A stretch of 40,786 nucleotides of DNA from Candidatus Thorarchaeota archaeon (GTDB lineage: Archaea > Asgardarchaeota > Thorarchaeia > Thorarchaeales > Thorarchaeaceae). The notes beneath the pieces are model-generated. The model made no database searches, was not told where the DNA came from, and was given only the letters and a program-made list of their open reading frames with translations. The position numbers and the translations under genes are program-made. Location: the NCBI GenBank assembly GCA_016840855.1, contig JAEORO010000061.1, positions 1 through 40,786 of the forward strand, read 5' to 3'. Each line of letters opens with the position of its first letter. Position 1 is the stretch's first letter. Positions 1 to 6,663 of the stretch are shown piece after piece.

Positions 1-2
1 AA

Positions 3-124
3 GGTATCCTAAACTTGGACAGAAGACCACAGCAGTGGTCTTACGAGGTAGTCCTGCCCGATACCCGTCCAAATGATGTCTATGTGGAGCCTCAGCCAGA
101 GGCTTGAGGCTCACCACGTATTTT
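3..124 (+). ncRNA. Candidate structured RNA/terminator region (hairpins plus possible pseudoknot), family unknown
   Basis: Perfect stem AAGACCAC(23-30)/GTGGTCTT(35-42). Crossing pairings GGTATC(3-8)/GATACC(60-65) and TTGGAC(15-20)/GTCCAA(67-72). Long hairpin 81-120 (GAGCCTCA/TGAGGCTC core) followed by TTTT. G-U wobbles favour the + strand. Confidence 0.35.
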
Positions 125-161
125 CCTAAATGTATCAGTGAGTAGAGTATTGGCGAAGTTG

Positions 162-998
162 TTAAAGCAATTCAAGACCTTCTTTCCTTAGTTCTCTGTA
201 GTTTCTCAAATTTTCAGGAATATATGCATCAAGAAAGATATTCAGTATTTGCTCAGAGTCTCGTTCAATTCCATAGCTCTCAAAGTATCTGAGAACATTG
301 CAAATGTCACGTCGAAGGACTAGTTCCACCTTATTCATGTCTGACCACTTATTAACAGCCTCACTCTGAGGTACATCAATAATCCAAGGTTTATTTCTCC
401 ACCAGAGTATATTGTATGCACTAAGGTCTCCGTGTACATAGTGAGCATCTCGGTACATCAACAGGTACTGGTCGAAAATCTCATTCAATACAGCCTCAGG
501 ATCCTGCAACGCAACTTCTCTTAGCTGAGGAGCTGGAGTTTCTTCATCGCCTATGAACCTCATTGTAAGGTAATTAGCCACTCTAGAAATAGGAGTCGGA
601 ACTCTGACTCCCGCATTATAACAGTTCTGAAGAATGTCAAATTCAGCGACAGCGATATCCTCAATCAGTCCTAAAATCCATCGTGTCTTTTTTCCACTAG
701 ATTCTCTGATGTGGCCTTTTGTTGTTGATAGCTTATGCGGAGTAGCCCATAGTCTGTATGCTTTCAGTATGATGGGATGGGTGTTCCAGAGAGCAAGGAA
801 TATCGAAGCCTCTTTTCCAGCACTCATAGGATAGAGCACATCTGTGGCTAAGCCAAAGTTAATTGCATCTCGACGAATTTCATCAAACTGCGGCTCCGAC
901 ATCACTGCTTTTCCACTTGTGCCACCTCGAAGCGAGTCTCGTTTCTGGTCTATAGCACTACCCTTCGCGAGAGGGTTGAATTTATCTACTCGACTCAT
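162..998 (-). CDS. RIO-family atypical Ser/Thr protein kinase (RIO1-like)
   Basis: P-loop MSAGKEASIF, catalytic loop YVHGDLSAYNIL, metal-binding WIIDVPQ, RVPTP and RRDICN motifs typical of RIO kinases. Confidence 0.92.
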   Translation of the reverse strand: MSRVDKFNPLAKGSAIDQKRDSLRGGTSGKAVMSEPQFDEIRRDAINFGLATDVLYPMSAGKEASIFLALWNTHPIILKAYRLWATPHKLSTTKGHIRESSGKKTRWILGLIEDIAVAEFDILQNCYNAGVRVPTPISRVANYLTMRFIGDEETPAPQLREVALQDPEAVLNEIFDQYLLMYRDAHYVHGDLSAYNILWWRNKPWIIDVPQSEAVNKWSDMNKVELVLRRDICNVLRYFESYGIERDSEQILNIFLDAYIPENLRNYRELRKEGLELL

Positions 999-1798
999 TC
1001 ATAAACCCCCAAAATAGTGGACTCGTCGAAATTCCGCTGATTGTTAGGAACATACTCGGAAAGGAACACCTTCACAATCTCGTCCGGGTCGCGCTGGATT
1101 CCATATTTCTTGAAATATAGGAGTAGATTAACGATATCTCGACGTAAGAGATTTACAACACTACTCATATCAGACCAAGGACCAACCTGGGAGGCTTGAG
1201 GCATATCGATAATCCATGCTCGACCTTCCCACCAGAGGATGTTGTAAGCACTAAGGTCTCCATGAACATAGTTAACATCTCTATACATGATAAGGTAGTC
1301 ATCAAGGATTTCATCCAGGATAATGTCGGGTTCTTCAAGCTCAACATTCCTTAATTGAGGTGCAGCCTCTATCCCATCACCAATCAACCGCATAGAAACA
1401 TAGTTTCCTACTCTGCCAATAGGAGTGGGGACATTCATTCCTGCTTTGAAACATGCTAAGAGCAAATCATACTCCTTTGCGGCAATAGCTTGCATTCGTC
1501 CAGGAGCAAAAAAACCCTTACTCTTTCTTGCTTGTGCAGACTGCCAGAACCTATATGCCTTAAGGATGATTGGGAAATCTCTCCAGTACGCCAGATAGAT
1601 TGATGCTTCCTTTCCCGCATTCATCTGATAGAGGACCTTAGTAGCTAACCCAAAGCTTGTAGCATCATTCCTGACTTCGTCTAGAGTGATCTCATTAATC
1701 GCTACAGTCCAACCCCTATTATTTCCTCTTTGGGCATCTCTTTTGATAGAGAGCGCACTTGGTTTTCGAGGATTGAGCTTCTCAACTACGGGAGACAT
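995..1798 (-). CDS. RIO-family atypical Ser/Thr protein kinase (RIO1-like), tandem paralog
   Basis: MNAGKEASIY, YVHGDLSAYNIL, WIIDMPQ; SD GAGGTG 9 nt upstream; ATGA overlap with the downstream paralog. Confidence 0.92.
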   Translation of the reverse strand: MSPVVEKLNPRKPSALSIKRDAQRGNNRGWTVAINEITLDEVRNDATSFGLATKVLYQMNAGKEASIYLAYWRDFPIILKAYRFWQSAQARKSKGFFAPGRMQAIAAKEYDLLLACFKAGMNVPTPIGRVGNYVSMRLIGDGIEAAPQLRNVELEEPDIILDEILDDYLIMYRDVNYVHGDLSAYNILWWEGRAWIIDMPQASQVGPWSDMSSVVNLLRRDIVNLLLYFKKYGIQRDPDEIVKVFLSEYVPNNQRNFDESTILGVYE

Positions 1799-1801
1799 TT
1801 C

Positions 1802-1987
1802 TCATGCCACCTCTCTTTGAGAGAGCCGACATCCATGGTATATACCAGGGATGCTGTCCAATAAGGGAGCTCTGCGCTTCGATGGACTCTGCTTATCCAA
1901 ACGTTTGCGTTCTAGGTTCGCTTTACACGTAGTGGGCGAACCATTTTCTTTGTGGTTTTTTGTATACACTTTTTGTTTCACTCTCAT
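1802..1987 (-). CDS. Possible small basic protein (61 aa from ATG 1987; ORF track starts at GTG 2005)
   Basis: Lys/Arg-rich ORF in the same frame as the RIO kinase, separated by TGA-GAA-ATG. No recognisable family; may be non-coding leader. Confidence 0.3.
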   Translation of the reverse strand: MRVKQKVYTKNHKENGSPTTCKANLERKRLDKQSPSKRRAPLLDSIPGIYHGCRLSQREVA

Positions 1988-2074
1988 TGGCTGAGCGACA
2001 CGCACCTTACATTAGTAGCACAGCAATCCGCAAGAAGTTGAAACCCACAACAAACGTTGTGCTTCAATGACAAT

Positions 2075-2128
2075 TCATACACGATGCGTAGAATGAATGA
2101 ACAAGAACACAGAAGCAGCGACAGCCAT
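2075..2128 (-). CDS. Putative leader peptide/uORF MAVAASVFLFIHSTHRV
   Basis: ATG at 2128 about 40 nt downstream of a minus-strand TTTATA box; stop codon lies inside a hairpin (2073-2098); a second hairpin follows (2038-2067). Confidence 0.3.
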   Translation of the reverse strand: MAVAASVFLFIHSTHRV

Positions 2129-2164
2129 TTAGGCTATCTCAACGTCGGTGCAGGAATCTACTAC

Positions 2165-2180
2165 AGTATAAAGTATATTT
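2165..2180 (-). promoter_or_regulatory. Putative archaeal BRE/TATA promoter for the RIO operon
   Basis: Minus strand AAATATAC-TTTATA-CT in an AT-rich intergenic segment. Confidence 0.4.
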
Positions 2181-2380
2181 ACAATCATGAAATTTTGCAC
2201 CTCCGTTAACGCATTACTCGGGGCACAGAATCAAGAGTATATAGGCGTTATGGTCACAGCGAGAATTGCATAGGCCGGTAGGGAAGGATTTATTTCTGGA
2301 AAATTTGGCCGTTTCACGCTTTCCGTAAGCAGATGGGACAATGTTTCAAGTAATGTAACAAATCTGGAAGATGGAAAAAT

Positions 2381-4087
2381 ATGGCAAATCCGAGCAATCC
2401 TCTCATAGTGCAATCTGATAAATCAGTGCTTTTAGAAGTAGACAATCCGCTATACGAGGAAGCTCGTGATTCTCTAGCTCGTTTCGCTGAACTCGTGAAA
2501 AGCCCTGAGTATGTTCATACCTATCGAGTCACACCACTTAGTCTTTGGAATGCAGCTGCCATGGGGATGATGCCAGACGAAGTTATTGCTGCATTGGAAC
2601 AGTTTGCAAAATACCCCATTCCAGGAAATATAGCAAGAGAAATTGTTGACTATATGTCAAGATATGGCCAACTTTCTCTCTATAAGGAAGGACCAGATCT
2701 TCTCCTCTTATGCGAGGATGAAGATCTTGCTGAAGAACTATGGTCGAATAAGAAAATCAAAGACCTCCTCATCGACCGTGTTGATGCAGTGACTCTGCGA
2801 GTCGACCCAGGTCAGCGTGGGTTTCTAAAACATGCTCTTATTGAAATAGGACACCCAGTTGAAGACATAGCTGGATATGTAGAGGGAGAGCATCTGCCCT
2901 TTGAGATTCGAGATGTAACTCTTGAGGGCAAGAAATGGGGTCTCAGAGCCTATCAGGAAGATGCAGTGGCTATCTTTTATTCAGGAGGAGGTGTAAAGGG
3001 TGGTTCAGGCGTTGTTGTTCTTCCATGTGGAGCTGGGAAGACCATGGTTGGAATTGGTGCCATGTATAAACTCCAGACTTCTACAGTCATTCTCTGTCCG
3101 AACGTCGTAGCTGTGAGACAATGGATTGCAGAACTTCTTGACAAAACCACACTAAAACCAGAAGATATTGGTGAGTATACTGGTGATAACAAAGAGATTC
3201 GTCCTATCACAGTCGCAACCTATCAGATTCTGACTTGGCGAAAGTCAAGAGAAGATGTGTTCCCACACTTCAAGATCTTTGAAGCAAGAAACTGGGGTCT
3301 AATAATCTATGATGAAGTTCATCTACTTCCTGCGCCTGTTTTTCGAGTAACAGCAACAATCCAAGCAACAAGAAGATTGGGACTTACTGCAACTCTAGTT
3401 CGTGAGGATGAGAAAGAAGAAGATGTTTTCAGTCTAATTGGTCCAAAACGATTTGATATGCCATGGAAACAACTTGAGGATCAAGGTTGGATTGCTACTG
3501 CCATTTGTTATGAAATTAGACTTGACTTGCCTGATGATATGCGAAGGCCATACGCTTTGGCTGAAGACAGGAAGAAATACAGAATCGCTGCTGAGAACCC
3601 CTTGAAGATTGAACTGATTCACAAGCTACTGAAACATCATGTAAATGATAATGTCTTGGTAATAGGGATGTACCTTGATCAGTTGAAGTTGATTGCAGAT
3701 GAAGTTGGTGCTCCATTAATCACCGGAAAAACAAGCAATGATGAACGACAACGTCTCTATGAAGCCTTCAAGGAAGGAGAGGAGAAGATATTAATAGTAT
3801 CAAAAGTTGCAAACTTTGCTCTTGACTTGCCGGACGCAAATGTTGCGATTCAGGTTTCTGGAACCTTCGGATCTCGTCAAGAGGAAGCCCAAAGGTTGGG
3901 AAGGATTCTTCGACCAAAGATAGATGGCAGTTTTGCTCGTTTCTATTCGCTTGTCACAAAAGACACAAGAGACATGGATTTTGCTGCAAAACGTCAACTG
4001 TTTCTTACTGAGCAAGGTTACCAATATGTAATTGCATCAGCTGGTGAAAATATCTGGGAAACACCTCCAGAGAAATTCTTCAACTAG
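2381..4087 (+). CDS. xpb: DNA repair helicase XPB (Ssl2/Rad25 family) with N-terminal Helicase_C_3/XPB-NTD domain
   Basis: N-term PLIVQSDKSVLLE...FAELVKSPEYVHTYRVTPLSLWNA; Walker A VLPCGAGKT; DEVH; RED motif TATLVRED; motif VI QRLGRILR; KRQLFLTEQGY. Confidence 0.95.
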   Translation: MANPSNPLIVQSDKSVLLEVDNPLYEEARDSLARFAELVKSPEYVHTYRVTPLSLWNAAAMGMMPDEVIAALEQFAKYPIPGNIAREIVDYMSRYGQLSLYKEGPDLLLLCEDEDLAEELWSNKKIKDLLIDRVDAVTLRVDPGQRGFLKHALIEIGHPVEDIAGYVEGEHLPFEIRDVTLEGKKWGLRAYQEDAVAIFYSGGGVKGGSGVVVLPCGAGKTMVGIGAMYKLQTSTVILCPNVVAVRQWIAELLDKTTLKPEDIGEYTGDNKEIRPITVATYQILTWRKSREDVFPHFKIFEARNWGLIIYDEVHLLPAPVFRVTATIQATRRLGLTATLVREDEKEEDVFSLIGPKRFDMPWKQLEDQGWIATAICYEIRLDLPDDMRRPYALAEDRKKYRIAAENPLKIELIHKLLKHHVNDNVLVIGMYLDQLKLIADEVGAPLITGKTSNDERQRLYEAFKEGEEKILIVSKVANFALDLPDANVAIQVSGTFGSRQEEAQRLGRILRPKIDGSFARFYSLVTKDTRDMDFAAKRQLFLTEQGYQYVIASAGENIWETPPEKFFN

Positions 4088-5007
4088 GAGAGAAGAGCTT
4101 TCAATCGAGATAATTTCGAATCTGTATAATCCACGACTGCAGACCAGACTCTTGATGTAGGCAAACTCGGTTCTATAAGCCCAGACTCTGATGAAAGGAG
4201 TCGTTCTAGAGACCAGGCAATTAGGTAGATGAGGACGAGAGGTCTTAATGAATCTACATCTACAACTTCATTTGAGTAAAGCAATCCCGGTGGGGGGTAT
4301 TCATGAAAATCAGCAGATGCTTCAAGAAGGTAAGCAAAGTCATAGTACTGATTCCCATATGCACAAGCTTCGAAATCAAGGAGGATGACTTTTCCATCTT
4401 GGAAGATAATGTTAGGAACCCATAGATCACCATGCATCAATGAGCACTCCCATGCACCTAGAGTATCAGTGTAAGAGAGAGCTTCATAATAGAGATCATT
4501 AAACGAAGCAACCAACATATCTAGCTCTTGAGAACACATAGACAATCCTTCATGTTTTTCAACAAGTGTGTGAGCTGCAATAAGGAAGTCTGAAGGTGAT
4601 TTGTATTCTTTGAGGCCGGGAGGTTTCTGTGAGGAGAGGTTTAGTAGACACTCTTTCAAAGAAATTATCTCTGTAGTTGTAAATTCTGTGAGTGTGTTGT
4701 GAATCACTCCATCAATATATTCGAAAATAATGAATGGAGTTGCTTTTGAATCGTTGAGTCGCCCCATGTATAGAGGTAAGGGAGAAATGCCTCGACGGTT
4801 GAGGAACAAGCTTACATCGTAGAGTTTCTTGTACGGTTGTAATCCAAATGATGAAACAGAACACGGTAGTTTCAGAATAAAATCAATGCTATTGGATTGT
4901 CCACGGATGTTAATGTTTGACCAACCTCCTAGTGCCTTACCCTCTAGACTTACAGCTGTATCAAATAGGTCGCATGCATCTCGTAGTAAGGTTGCTAGCT
5001 CAACCAT
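4084..5007 (-). CDS. Aminoglycoside phosphotransferase/choline kinase-like (APH) family protein
   Basis: Brenner motif LMHGDLWVPNII, ILLDFE, YYDFAYL. Start uncertain: ATG 5007 preferred, ORF extends to 5064. Confidence 0.8.
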   Translation of the reverse strand: MVELATLLRDACDLFDTAVSLEGKALGGWSNINIRGQSNSIDFILKLPCSVSSFGLQPYKKLYDVSLFLNRRGISPLPLYMGRLNDSKATPFIIFEYIDGVIHNTLTEFTTTEIISLKECLLNLSSQKPPGLKEYKSPSDFLIAAHTLVEKHEGLSMCSQELDMLVASFNDLYYEALSYTDTLGAWECSLMHGDLWVPNIIFQDGKVILLDFEACAYGNQYYDFAYLLEASADFHEYPPPGLLYSNEVVDVDSLRPLVLIYLIAWSLERLLSSESGLIEPSLPTSRVWSAVVDYTDSKLSRLKALLS

Positions 5008-5101
5008 CGTATGTCCATGAACCGTTACCAGTGGACGATTTATCATCGCGAAGTTTCTAATCACGGCAACTTCTAAAAGGCTGTCGGGTGCAACTCAAAT
5101 C

Positions 5102-5389
5102 ATGAATGGAAGAGACCTACTTCTAATTCTTACACACCTTTTCCGAAAGAAAGGAAATCCTGTTTGCTTGGAAGATGCAGTAGAGTTCATCTCATTCAGA
5201 TGCAGGTACGGAAAACCAAGTCAAGTTAGACGAATGCTCACAATGGCAGTAAAAAATGAAATGATTACTAGAATCGAGGAATTAATACGAGCTGACTTTC
5301 TTTTTGATAATCAAAAGCTATCTCCCAATCTTGCAGCTGAATTATGTGAAAGACTCATGGTAAGTAGTGATATCAACCCAATGTTCTAG
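5102..5389 (+). CDS. DUF2240-like small archaeal protein (wHTH-like)
   Basis: Pattern LFRKKG...EFISFRCRYGKPSQVRRMLTMA..NEMI matches my recollection of the archaeal DUF2240 N-terminal region. Confidence 0.6.
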   Translation: MNGRDLLLILTHLFRKKGNPVCLEDAVEFISFRCRYGKPSQVRRMLTMAVKNEMITRIEELIRADFLFDNQKLSPNLAAELCERLMVSSDINPMF

Positions 5390-6498
5390 TTTTCTTCTGC
5401 GCCAATAGCTTGTAGAGATGCTAGAAGCGCAGCTATATGAATAAAGGCATTCTTTCCTTGTAGAAGACGATAGTCAATCTCAGCGACTCTATCGAGAACC
5501 TTTGTAAGTGTTTGAGGCGAAAATGGCCGTTTTACAAGATCTCGTTCTATCTCAAGACAAACCTCTTGAGGTGAGTAATCCTCAATTGCCATTAGATTAC
5601 GAACTTCTTTTCGAGCTTGTTCATATTGGCCATCTAGTGCAAGATTCACTATATTTCGAGCCCGCAGTGTTAACATAGTTTCAGAGTGCTCATATACGTT
5701 ATCTTCTGTTACAACATCACTAGCAACCGATGAAACTTGAAGTAGGTTAAGAGCACGTCTCAAGTCACCAGAAGACTCTCTTGCGATAGCTGCTAATGCT
5801 GATTCCTCAATAGTGACATTTTCTTTTGATGCCACCTCTGCGATAAAACTTTGAATTAGTTCATCCGGAAGTGTTGAAAAATTAAGGGCAAGTGACCTTG
5901 AGATAATTGCTGGACTCCAGCCTGAGAGGGAAGGAGTAATGAGAATGAAGCGGCAGACATTACTATATTGTTCCATAGTTCTGCGAAGTGCTTGTTGCAT
6001 TCCCCAAGTTAGTGCATCAGCTTCGTCTAGCATTAATATTTTGATTTTCTCATCAGCTACGGTAGCTGTTGATGCAAAAAACCGAATGGCTTCTAATAGT
6101 ATTTCACTTCTTGTTGGATCGCCGGAACGACCTCGTGCATTTCGAGCAGTTTTTGCCTCACGAAAGACTACAGAAATGTATTCATCCAATTCGGATCTCT
6201 GGTCACGTCCAAGCTTAGCCAGATCTTGAACAGAACGCTTAGCCTTTGTCACAGGAATGTCCCATATATCACGGATGTTTAGAAACTTGAAGTTGGCGCT
6301 AAAACTATCACCGAGAATCTCCTTTGAGAAGATTTCAGCAGCGGCTGTCTTACCTGTTCCTGAAGGTCCATAGAAGATCATATTTGGGAAAACATTGGAT
6401 TTTGCGAGAGATTTCAACTGATTGATTGTATTCGCTCTTCCAATAAAATCAGCCCATGTCTTAGGCCGATATTTTAAACTCCAAAGGACAGGCTCCAA
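5386..6498 (-). CDS. rfcS: Replication factor C small subunit-like AAA+ clamp-loader subunit with ~50-aa insertion
   Basis: WSLKYRP box, GPSGTGKT, LDEADAL, QQALRRTME, SRS (SRC motif), GDLRRALNLLQ, C-terminal collar domain; TTG start with GGTGA SD. Confidence 0.88.
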   Translation of the reverse strand: MEPVLWSLKYRPKTWADFIGRANTINQLKSLAKSNVFPNMIFYGPSGTGKTAAAEIFSKEILGDSFSANFKFLNIRDIWDIPVTKAKRSVQDLAKLGRDQRSELDEYISVVFREAKTARNARGRSGDPTRSEILLEAIRFFASTATVADEKIKILMLDEADALTWGMQQALRRTMEQYSNVCRFILITPSLSGWSPAIISRSLALNFSTLPDELIQSFIAEVASKENVTIEESALAAIARESSGDLRRALNLLQVSSVASDVVTEDNVYEHSETMLTLRARNIVNLALDGQYEQARKEVRNLMAIEDYSPQEVCLEIERDLVKRPFSPQTLTKVLDRVAEIDYRLLQGKNAFIHIAALLASLQAIGAEEN

Positions 6499-6663
6499 TA
6501 TTTCACCCAGAATCGGGTCATATCCATTGTAGATAAGCTTGTTTCTTTTTCTATCAGAGCTTTCTCTCTCCTTTAGTCAGAAATTTGTTAAAACCAAAAG
6601 CTCCTTAAATACTCAAAAGCTGGGCGCATGTTTGCAAGGATAACTCTGTGGTCGGAAAAAACA

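Noticed and set aside
3-72. HDV-like or twister ribozyme assignment for the pseudoknot
   Set aside because: Helix order and conserved core nucleotides (HDV P3/L3/P1.1; twister loops) could not be matched by eye
1802-1804. Selenocysteine recoding of the in-frame TGA upstream of the RIO kinase
   Set aside because: No redox motif context, a good SD precedes the downstream ATG, and no SECIS was recognisable; the BCPs and Fe-S protein use ordinary Cys
6118-6267. RFC insertion as an intein
   Set aside because: Far too short, with no N-terminal Cys/Ser splice block and no C-terminal His-Asn followed by C/S/T
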